Shown piece by piece: positions 52,660 through 64,000 of a stretch of DNA of 64,000 bases. Position 1 is the stretch's first letter. Each line of letters opens with the position of its first letter. The notes beneath the pieces are model-generated. The model did not search any database. It was not told the DNA's origin and saw only the letters and a list, made by a program, of their open reading frames with translations. Made by a program: the position numbers and the translations under genes. Source of the stretch: Octopus vulgaris (lineage: Eukaryota); assembly GCA_951406725.2 (NCBI GenBank), contig OX597815.1, positions 182,528,001 through 182,592,000 of the forward strand, in the 5' to 3' direction.

Positions 52660-52964
52660 ATTTTTTTTAACCATGTATACGCCCTTTTCAAGCCTAGCCA
52701 GGCTCATGGGCCCGGTTTTCCGGTTTCTATGGCGCATGTGCACCCCCCAGCTGGACGGGACGCAAGTCCATCGCTGTGTTACTCAAGAAACAGGAAGAAA
52801 GTGTGAGAGAAAGTCGGGGTGAAAGAGTACAACAGAGGTCGCCACTACCCCCTGCCGGAGACTCGTGGAGCTTTAGGTGTTTTCGCTCAATTACACACAC
52901 AATGCCCGGTCTGGGAATCGAAACCGCGATCCTCCGACCCTGAGTCCGCTGCTCTAACCACTGG

Positions 52965-52969
<5 letters not shown>
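52660..52969 (-). mobile_element. OR1/OR2-like SINE with tail type 1
   Basis: GGGAATCGAAACCGCGATCC...CTAACCACTGGGCCAT is the reverse complement of the head. Confidence 0.9.
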
Positions 52970-53052
<83 letters not shown>

Positions 53053-53111
53053 ATGTGTGTTTGTGTATATATATATATATATATATACATATGTCCGTGT
53101 TTGTGTGTGTG

Positions 53112-53151
<40 letters not shown>

Positions 53152-54189
53152 TGTGTATGACTTTCTACTTAAATTGATCCCCCTCCCTCATAATCATTTT
53201 TGTGTCTGCTCTGAAAAGTTATGTCTACGTAAGCTGTATTACTCCTAAACAGATAGATGATCGTATGTATGGCAAAGTGATGGGTGAATACTGTTAGAAA
53301 AATGCTAAAATAGGTTGTCAGACTAAGTTCCTTAGAGTATTATATTTCTTCTTTCAAAGTTCTCCATTGAAATCTCATTGAAGTTGTCATCTCACCTACA
53401 TCTCTCGGCGCGGAATAAAATTTCCCCAACATGTCCCGATGTCGGATACAATTATTTATTCTTCAAGCAAGTAATAACATCGGATATCAAAAATCATTTT
53501 GTATTTATTTCATAATATAAAATATTACTAAACAGGTATAACTTATGAAATACTTGAAGCTGCTTCCCCCAAAACCTGAAACCTGATTCAATACATATGT
53601 GGCCAATGAGGTTTTACCTATGATCACAATAACCCTGCATATCAGGGGCTATTTGATATCATGTATTCCCCCTTACTTCACACTAGATTCTTGTCGTCCA
53701 TGAGACATAGAGCTGATCTATTTTCACTTTGGCTGAGAGAACACAAAGAGGGTTTTAATCTTGTTGTTGCTGTTCTGGACACGCTCCTCATTACCTCAGA
53801 TCTGGCAGTTGCAGCCATCTTGAAAGTTTTGAACAAACTTACCACTACATCATACAATGCGATTTCTCTTATTTACGAATGTGGTTTGTCCTTCTGGTTA
53901 CTATTTCTGTATATACACTTAAGTTAGGCAAATACATTCTGAATTGGGTGTTTAATTTTCTAAACTGACGTGGTTATTCAAGTAACACTAGAATATATTA
54001 CTTGGTGATAAGTAAATAGGCTACGATGAATATTAGTTTCTCAACAACGAGCATCACTATTAATCAAAATAACACAGGCTTGTAACTAACTATTTAGATA
54101 ACATGCTAATGAGCAGCGCTGTACAGCGTGGATTTGTTGTCTGTAAATATTCAAGATTGTCATTCAGAGAAACATCCATATCCACACCC

Positions 54190-54268
<79 letters not shown>

Positions 54269-54299
54269 TGTGTGTGTGTGTGTACATACACATATATAC

Positions 54300-54351
<52 letters not shown>

Positions 54352-54352
<1 letters not shown>

Positions 54353-54645
54353 GAAGCGCAATGGCCTAGTGGTTAAGGCAGCGGACTCGCGGTCGCAGGA
54401 TCGCGGTTTCGATTCCCAGACCGGGCGCTGTGAGTGTTTATTGAGCGAAAACACCTAAAAGCTCCACGAGGCTCCGGCAGGGGGGGGGGGTGATCCCTGC
54501 TGTACTCTTTCACCACTCTTTCTTCTGTTGGCCTGCTCGCTTAGCCAGCGGGGTGGCGTCATTCGAAGGCTAAAAAACAATGCGAACGCATTGTGACCAG
54601 CGATGTGTAACATCTGATGGTCTGGTCGGTCACAGGATCACGTGA
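54352..54645 (+). mobile_element. OR1/OR2-like SINE with tail type 2
   Basis: A box TGGCCTAGTGG, B-box-like GGTTTCGATTCC; tail as at 27736-28014. Confidence 0.92.
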
Positions 54646-55040
54646 TATATATATATATATATATATATTTAATTAATTATAATAAAACGTATATATATAT
54701 ATATATATATATAATGTAGAGAGAGAGAGAGATTGTTATTTTTATATACCAACCCCTTTTAAAGCATTCTCTAATCAAAACAATTGCTTGTGATTTCATG
54801 TAGACATTGGTTCCTATATTTCTTAAGTCAATTGTACAGTCAACTGTGTACAGTTCTTCATATGTAAGCAGCCATATTCTAAATTGAATATTTTACTACG
54901 TCAGTATGTTTACAGTCATTGGTAGTTATCGACATAAATACTGAAGGGATCTGCATGATGAAATTTAACGAAATACTCTAAAAACTACTTATCTTATACA
55001 CCCAGGTTTCAAAAAGAGAAAGAACACCAACGTACATACA

Positions 55041-55075
<35 letters not shown>

Positions 55076-55084
55076 GTACGTGCG

Positions 55085-55229
55085 TGTGTCTGTGTTTTTC
55101 CCCCAACATTGCTTGACAACCGATAAATAAGTAATAGGCTTACAAAGAACAAAGTCCTGGGGTCGATTTGCTCGACTAAATGTGGTGCTCCAGCAGAGCC
55201 ACAGTCAAATGACTGAAACAAGTAAAAGA

Positions 55230-55230
<1 letters not shown>
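55085..55230 (+). mobile_element. SINE family B, 3' fragment
   Basis: GCTTGACAACCGAT...GGTGCTCCAGCA...GACTGAAACAAGTAAAAGAG. Confidence 0.85.
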
Positions 55231-55284
<54 letters not shown>

Positions 55285-55574
55285 TATATGAGTATTGCAG
55301 AAAACAGCTAAGAAAGACGAGGAAAGCTATACTAAATACCATACACAATAAGATTTTAACGTTATCAACATTTTTTTCATAGTTTCACGAGAAAGCAAAT
55401 GAGGTGGCCATGCAGAGAGTGCGACCGAATGATATTCAAAAGGGGTACATAATGTCCCAAATCAACCATTTGACGGAATCAAACTGCTGTTAAAGAAAAT
55501 AAGAAAGAAAAAACACAACAAAGCAAAGTGTTTGTCTTTCTGGATATAGATATATGCACACAGACTCCTGCTTT

Positions 55575-55726
55575 ACGCACACACGCTCGCACGCGCGGGC
55601 ACATGCACTCATACACACGTAAATGCACGCACTTACACACGCACGTACATGCACATACACACACACTTATATGCTCGTATATACACACGCACAAGCACCA
55701 AACTCACACCCACTTACACACATATT

Positions 55727-55802
<76 letters not shown>

Positions 55803-55838
55803 CATATATATATGTATATATATACATATACATATATT

Positions 55839-55873
<35 letters not shown>

Positions 55874-56488
55874 GCATATACAACATATGTGTATATATAG
55901 ATACATATATATATAATATATATATATAATATACATATATATATGTGTGTGTATGTGTGTGTGTGTGTGTGTATATACATATATATATATATATATATGC
56001 ACGTATATGTGTGAATAGATGTGTTACACTAATTAGTTGAAACAAGCAATAGGCGTGCCATTCTATGTCTCTGTGGAGGCGCAACTCAAAGTCAATTGAG
56101 TAGCCTTTCCTAAGCGACACAATTTGCATCTTGCATGAGTTTAGATACTCACTAAAGGTTCATTAGCACATCATCAAAATATTCACCGGAAAACCTGCCT
56201 ATACAATGTCTTATTTATTTATTCATTCGGTGTTGTTTTTTTTTATAAATATTAAAGAAGTACTGCATTTAAGCGTTATTTTGAGGCGGATGTCAGTATA
56301 TCAAATGCTCTCCTTGCTAATTTCCTGTTGGCAGTTCTTTACCTAAATGCCAGATTAATGCAGTGGTTGAATTAGAATGTTATGCAAGATGTATCCTTCG
56401 TTAATTCAAAATTACGACTTTCCTTTCAATTATTTTAACGTAACATACAATGAATAAGAGTGTTTCATAATGCACACGTCGATGTATG

Positions 56489-56530
<42 letters not shown>

Positions 56531-56667
56531 CCTTAATTATGTATAGATATATGCATATATATATATGTATATATGTATACATATATATATATATATGCAT
56601 ATATATATATGTATGTATGTATATATATATATATATATATATATACATACATATATAAATATATATG

Positions 56668-56747
<80 letters not shown>

Positions 56748-57020
56748 TATATACGTATATATATATATTGCAATAATGCTTACACAGATATATGCGTGTG
56801 CATATGTATATGTATTTATACATACATAAAGATATATCTACATCTTTCTCTCTCTCTCTCTGTATATATATGTATATACAGATTTGTGAGTTTATGTATG
56901 TAAATATTTATACTTATTAAACACACACTTACTCACGAACATGCACACACACGCGTATATATATATATATGCATACATTTACATATACGTATACACATAC
57001 ACGCACTTACCCACATACAT
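55575..57020. repeat. Large compound (CA)/(TA)/(TG) microsatellite fields
   Basis: Visible at 55575-56010 and 56490-57020. Confidence 0.9.
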
Positions 57021-57853
57021 ATAGAGTTTGAGAAATGTTTATGCAATAACTATGCTTGAAAGCGCTTCAGATAGACAATACACGGTGTAATGAGATGTTG
57101 CTTCTTTAACAACAAACAGACAATACCGAAAGTAAAAATAAAATAAATATAACAATAACAACAAAAATGTTTTAAAATAAATATGGAGACAATTTTAGGT
57201 GAGACGTAATTCTACTGTTCCAGTTATATGATCGCTGTAGGTCAGCCCTCGTTGCAGCACCACTTATCTATTGATAAGAAATGTGTTATATTTCACAATA
57301 CATTAACAAAACAATGAAACAAACTCCAATCATATCTGCCTCTTGTTTTACTACTATCCATGAATAGAATTTTCCAATTTTAAATTTCAGTAGATGTGTC
57401 AATATAAAAGCAAAACATTAGAAATATAGATGTCTAGTTGCGACGTAAGCAGTGTTCCAAGAGATAATATGACGACAAATTACACTTTATGCGTCAAAAG
57501 AAAATTATTCGTATTATCCATATCTATATTGAAATTTTCTCACGTTTCATTCATATTAATTACAATGCAGTGTTAATGCTTTCTTTCTTGTTAAACAAAA
57601 TATTACTTTTATGCGCAGAAGTGTTATTTCTTATGCTGCACACTATAAACATGTCAAGATATTACACCACTGTAAAATTAGGTGATCGATTGGTTTCAGG
57701 TTCTTCTTTACTGAATTTACTCTGTAAATTCATAATGAATGCATAATGTAAAAGAGAGTTGAGCAACCAGTTAGCAATAATCAAAACACCAATTCCTCGA
57801 ATCTACACGTTGTTGGATCAAACATAAAAGTAGAGTACGTATATATGTATATA

Positions 57854-57910
<57 letters not shown>

Positions 57911-57921
57911 GTATATATATT

Positions 57922-58132
57922 TCAAAATGTGACCGCATGTGTACCGTTGGCGATTTTTTTCCTCTGTCTTCCCTTCTCTGGATCTTTCCTTCTCCTATGT
58001 TTCCGACGAAGAGCTCCGCTCGAAACGTTAAACCCTCCTTCTTTCCTTCTTTCCTGAGCGTCCAATAATATTATATTTGTTCCACGTCCCCGCGTTGTTG
58101 TGTTTTCTCTTTGTGTTTTCATGTTTGGATTA

Positions 58133-58140
<8 letters not shown>
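57922..58140 (+). mobile_element. Short (TA)n-embedded repeat (putative PLE tail)
   Basis: Second copy at 27411-27632; contains a minimal hammerhead fold. Confidence 0.85.
57999..58033 (+). ncRNA. Minimal type I hammerhead-like motif (CCGACGA core)
   Basis: GUUU-CCGACGA-A-GAGC-UCC-GCUC-GAAAC-GUU-AAAC; palindromic AACGUU replaces stem III, as in PLE hammerheads. Confidence 0.65.
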
Positions 58141-58189
<49 letters not shown>

Positions 58190-58414
58190 GAGGATAATAT
58201 CGATATTTAAGTGTCGAAATTATCAAGTGGCCAGCATGAAAGAAACACCTTACAAAGGTAAAAAATTTTTAACAATTAAAAATGAGGGTGTCTAAAAGAC
58301 ACCAACATGCCGAAATAGCAGTCGAAACTCTGACTATAAAACCACGTTAAATGTTCATATCGCACCATGAGGTAAAGCGGAGGGACAAAACATACAAGCA
58401 AAAATTATTGAATA

Positions 58415-58474
58415 ATTCAAGATCCAAGGATTTCTGGTTCTGCTTTAAATAAGCTTTACCGTCATCAATTGAAT
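58415..58474 (-). ncRNA. Type I hammerhead-like ribozyme (mirror copy)
   Basis: Reverse complement of 58494-58553. Confidence 0.65.
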
Positions 58475-58493
58475 ATATATGTACCCTTGATAT

Positions 58494-58553
58494 ATTCAAT
58501 TGATGACGGTAAAGCTTATTTAAAGCAGAACCAGAAATCCTTGGATCTTGAAT
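58494..58553 (+). ncRNA. Type I hammerhead-like ribozyme (UUGAUGA core, AUC site)
   Basis: AUUCAA-UUGAUGA-C-GGU-aaa-GCUU-auuua-AAGC-aga-ACC-A-GAAA-UCC-uu-GGA-UC-UUGAAU: stems I, II and III all form. Confidence 0.68.
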
Positions 58554-58780
58554 TATTCAATAATTTTTGCTTGTATGTTTTGTCCCTCCGCTTTACCTCA
58601 TGGTGCGATATGAACATTTAACGTGGTTTTATAGTCAGAGTTTCGACTGCTATTTCGGCATGTTGGTGTCTTTTAGACACCCTCATTTTTAATTGTTATA
58701 TATATATATATATAAGAATATTTTGCGTAATGAGATAAAAAAAAGCAAGGGTGTGTAGATATTAGAACATTTATAGATAG

Positions 58781-58832
58781 GTCTCACAGCTGTTTCCAGG
58801 ATATTTATTAATTATATCCCGTCATCGGAGAC
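58781..58832 (-). ncRNA. Degenerate type I hammerhead-like motif in a PLE-like tail
   Basis: GUCU-CCGAUGA-CGGGAUA...UAUCCUG-GAAAC-AGCU-GUG-AGAC; G at the cleavage position. Confidence 0.6.
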
Positions 58833-59032
58833 GGTGTGAGAGGATGGTTAAGTAATAGTTAATTTAGATAGGATACAAAATAGAGAGTGAGGTGGAGGAA
58901 AAGAATATAGATGTGAGATATGTAGGGATATTGAATTTGTAGATCCGTGTTTTAGCCAGAGTGGTATATATGTAAGTGGGATATATGATATACCACTTTT
59001 AGGCAGAGTACTATGTACGTAAGTGGTATAGA

Positions 59033-59086
<54 letters not shown>

Positions 59087-59090
<4 letters not shown>

Positions 59091-59321
59091 AGTACATTAA
59101 ATAGAGAGATACAATTGACAACACAATAATTTATTTATATTGTAATATAACATAACATAATATACTATGAATATAATATACGATAACATTAAAAGTCATT
59201 AAAAAACCAATGGTTTTTATGTTATCGTCTGTTATATTATATTCATAGTATATTATGTTATATTATAATATAAATAAATTATTAGATTGTCAATTGTATC
59301 TCTCTATTTAATTTATTGTTT
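59087..59321. repeat. Fold-back with ~100-bp arms next to (TA)n
   Basis: 59087-59189 vs 59219-59321, with small indels. Confidence 0.88.
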
Positions 59322-59452
59322 GTAATTTGCATTATACCCATATTCATGTGGTATTCAACTGACGTATCAGTGAATTGGATGAATTACACATCCCTTTGAA
59401 GGAATTATTTTCCTTAGTTTGGTACTTTATATTTTTTTTTTTTTTTTTTTTG

Positions 59453-59652
59453 TACTTGTTTCAGTCATTTGACTGCGGCCATGCTGGAGCACCGCCTTTT
59501 AGAGTGGTGAAAGAGTACAGCAGGGATCACCACATCCCGCCGGAGCCTCGTGGAGCTTTTAGGTGTTTTTTTCGCTCAATAAACACACACAACGCCCGGT
59601 CTGGGAATCGAAACCGCGATCCTCCGACCGCAAGTCCGCTGCCCTAACCACT
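59453..59652 (-). mobile_element. Chimeric SINE: OR-like head joined to a family B tail
   Basis: OR head 59652-59501, family B tail 59500-59453, then poly(A) (T run at 59432-59451). Confidence 0.75.
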
Positions 59653-59659
59653 ATATATA

Positions 59660-59724
<65 letters not shown>

Positions 59725-59770
59725 GTGTGTGTGTATGTATGTATGTGTATATATGTATGTATACATATAC

Positions 59771-59833
<63 letters not shown>

Positions 59834-59859
59834 ATATGTGTGTGTGTAATATATATTAT

Positions 59860-60530
59860 CCTTTAACAAAAATAGTAGTAAAAGTGGTGTCGAAGTTTCG
59901 GTCAGCTGAGCCATCATCGGACTGTAATTGATTTCAGTTCATCTTAAATGTCTATAGTCTCTATCAATTTAAAGCATTCCTAGGATGACCTTTGTTCTGT
60001 TGAATGGTAATTATGTTGCATGGCAGGTTGTGGTAGTCAGATGGTATGGAGAATATTTATTGATTAGATTTACCGAAGAGCTTTTAGAATTTATATGGGC
60101 ATGTCGAGTTTTGTAATTAGTTGTGTATTTTTAGGAGCGTCATTTTCAGGTCATAGGTGTTTACAAATATAATGTAATTAGGTTGTCGAACTGCATATGT
60201 CACATGGTGTTCTTGTTATTGGTTTTCTTTAGAAACTAATGGATATTTACCTTTTGGTTTCAGGATTTCAAAATAAAATCTTAGAATTCAGTCCACATGT
60301 TTTTACCTTTGTATGTAGATGTGTTACCTATTATGTCAGCATTTAAATTATTAGTATTTAAGGGTTGAAAAAGAATGTATTTGGTAAGGGTTATCAATTT
60401 GGCAGATTGATATTATTTATGTTGTTTTCCCTTTTTTTTTTAGTCTGGGAGGGAGTTGATTATCATTTAAGCATGTTTCACTGATATTTTGGGGGGAAAT
60501 TGTTAATTGAATGCTTTAATGTTCACAAGT
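59860..60530 (-). mobile_element. Possible Penelope-like 3' remnant with hammerhead-like motif at 59889-59922
   Basis: Minus strand PCDICSS (cf. CxLC) and NLINK...TC, then GUCCGAUGAUGGCUCAGCUGACCGAAACUUCGAC. Confidence 0.45.
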
Positions 60531-60886
60531 GTATATATATATATGTAGTTTTAAAAGGTTTTGGTTAACATATTTTTGTTTCTACGTGATCGTATGTGTT
60601 TACTGAGTAAAGCTTGTAGGCTGTTCCTTATAAATGTTTCTTATAATCAGTTTCAAGTACGGCCACTCTGCAGTATGCTATCAATAATTATTACAATAAG
60701 AAAACTGTGGGCATTATGAAAAATGCGCAAGTAATTCTAAGCCAGATTACTCTTTTATCATGCGTGCATAAATGTATGTGTTGTTGGCTTGCCTTAGAAC
60801 CTTTTATGGGACTGTTTTGCAGATTTGGTAACTCATTAATGATTTTTGCATGCTTTGCTTAGTGTAGAATTTAATATTAGTTCTAA

Positions 60887-61279
60887 CTAGCAGTATCGCC
60901 CGGCGTTGCTCGGGTTTGTAAGGGAAATAACTATATAAGCATTTTTAGAGATGTAAAGTATAATAGCCATCTGAATATGGCTAACCACAAAGGGGGAGGG
61001 TACTGTAGCTTTTTACGTTCTGAGATTTAATAATAATTTTTTAGAGAGTTACTTCCCTTATATATGCCAAAAATGCATTAAAAATGGGAAAAATTATGGT
61101 AATTTTTTAAAAAATCGTAGACTCATCGTAGACGCGCGCTAATACCGAGAAGGGCTCGATATGAATCACGACTATAAGATACCCGGTTTTGATTAAACTG
61201 CACCGCAAAATGTGGGAGTAGTTAGGAATCTAAATCGTAGGAGACAGACAGCACACAACCTCTCTTTTATATATAAAGA
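60887..61279 (-). mobile_element. Non-autonomous Helitron, copy 2
   Basis: Same termini and hairpin as 41187-41579; A|T insertion site. Confidence 0.88.
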
Positions 61280-61529
61280 TATGTATTATTATGGAGCTAG
61301 ATAAAGGAGAATGTAGATATGGAAGAAGGGTAATGGTGAGGTATTTTCTTATTTGTCTTGAGAAAGCGTTTTAGTGTTTCAAAGATTTCGTACTTAGATG
61401 AGGAAACTATTTCGAAATTTCGGTTCAAAGTTTGGCTCTTGAAGAAAGAATGTGATAAGATTCGTCGCTAAAGAGTTGGCAGCATTGTTGTTAACTTTGT
61501 ATGGTTGTACGTGTAACACCATTTTCCAG

Positions 61530-61627
<98 letters not shown>

Positions 61628-62589
61628 GATAGATATATTGTTTCATAGAGAACATATGCAATGCACAGATATACAGAGCGAGAGCATATTTGTTCCATTA
61701 TATAATGCTGCAGATTGGGACTTGAGATGGATTTAATATGTTGAGCGACCATCTAGCGGTTCTTTTGTTGACTCTTAATGAAATCTAGAGACATATATAT
61801 ATACTTCTAGACTGTAACTGTAATGAATATGTACAGACATGTACAAGGAATTTCGAAAATCTAGTGTCATTATTCATTTCATTCAGGAATTACAATCAGT
61901 ACAACAAGCATTCATTTCAAAGGCTGATATCATCAGTACATGTAATGAATGTTTAAATTGCTTTTTGCTAAAACGAAATATGCAAAAGTTAACAAATTCT
62001 GAAGCTTGTCGCAAGGAAAAATGTACAAACGTGTTTCATTATCACTGAAAAGAAACCGACGTCTAAAAAATTAACTACTTTATATTTTTGGTGCCAAAGC
62101 AGTACAAACAAAGATATGCGAAACTTTTTGATGAATGCAAACTGATTTCTTGTCTATTTATACGTCTGTTGTAAAACTTCTATTTGAACTCAAAGTGTAA
62201 CTTTGACAAATGTTCTAAATCTACATAAGCAACAACATGTCGTCACTCGAATTCTTGAAAATAACCGCCAAATCACTATAAAATATTATCTTATCGTGAT
62301 GAAACAAGAACACAGTATGTTTCACAAACATTTAAAAAATATGCTATGGTCAAGAGTGGAGTATTCTTGATAATAGATCGAGCTGATAAAAATTATCTGA
62401 AGTTAAATAATGCAGAATAAAGTGTTCGTGATTTTTAGAATACGAAAAGAGATATCAGTTGAAATTACATTTTATTATAAGCTCTTTCTATATGTTTCAT
62501 TCATCTATTCACCTACTAATGAATATTCTACGCTATAAAATGAGTTAAAACGTGTTTGATATATCAGTTCACTTTGCAATAAACTGATT

Positions 62590-62890
62590 GTGAGTTCAGC
62601 CTGACTGTAGGTCACCTTTAGTAATTTATTTCTTCTAGAGCTTCTGCTGACCATTAAATTGTAAGTGACTTTGGTTGGCAGAAATTATACGGAATACCGT
62701 CTAATATTTTGTGTGTGCTTTTATCAATGGGTGTACCTTTATATTTGTTAGTCAGTTTACGCTCGTATGACCTAGTGATTCGGCAAAGAGAGACCCACAG
62801 AATGGTAATACACAGAGAAATAAGCTCTGGGCTGGATGTCATTGAATAAATCCTGCAGTACAGTGACTAAAGAAAAAAGAATAAAAGTAT
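62590..62890 (+). mobile_element. Degenerate SINE family B
   Basis: GAGTTCAGCCTGACTG...GATTCGGCAAAGAGAGACC and tail remnants. Confidence 0.5.
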
Positions 62891-62900
62891 AGATGCAGAG

Positions 62901-63675
<775 letters not shown>

Positions 63676-64000
63676 AATGACGTATGTATGATTATATATG
63701 TATAGGGGCGGCGCTATGCAGTGATGGAATATAATTGTGATATATATTAACTTCTAAATGTAATTTCACTGTAGTTTATGAGGAAGAAATAATGTCCAGT
63801 ATTGCCTTCTGTCAGACTCTGAGATGCGTTTCTGGCTCCTTAGCCTGGTTCAGAAGGAAATACCTACCCAACATACACACTGCTTAACGCTGCTACTAAT
63901 ATATTTGTTTCGAGCGAATGTTCTGCAAGCGAGAAATCACTAATAACCACTGCTTCATTATAAAGCTACGGTTTTCTAACTTGGAGAAAAATTAAGGCAC

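Larger units (their letters stand above)
58270..58698. repeat. Perfect palindrome, 209-bp arms and 11-nt spacer
   Basis: 58270-58478 is the reverse complement of 58490-58698, with no mismatch found by eye. Confidence 0.95.

Overview
AT-rich, microsatellite-dense eukaryotic DNA with no host protein-coding gene that I can support. The repeats are tRNA-derived SINEs resembling the octopus OR1/OR2 type, two other abundant SINE families and (TA)n/(CA)n/(ATAC)n/(GATA)n arrays. They point to an intergenic or intronic region of a coleoid cephalopod, most likely Octopus (inference from recalled repeat families, not a database search). Nearly all long ORFs in the track are microsatellite read-throughs. 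The real coding remnants are transposon fossils: Penelope-like RT/GIY-YIG, an RLE-type non-LTR element, CR1/L2-type LINE 3' ends and a DD41D-type Tc1/mariner. The most interesting signals are: (1) a perfect 209-bp-arm palindrome carrying two back-to-back type I hammerhead-ribozyme folds, inside a 2-kb cluster of five hammerhead-like motifs with non-canonical cores; (2) a MITE family with 8-bp TSDs and GG-ended TIRs that carries TTAGGG arrays; (3) serial, nested and chimeric SINE insertions and a 22-bp tandem amplification of a SINE Pol III A box; (4) many fold-back hairpins next to (TA)n tracts. Coordinates were read by eye, so boundaries of degenerate repeats are approximate.
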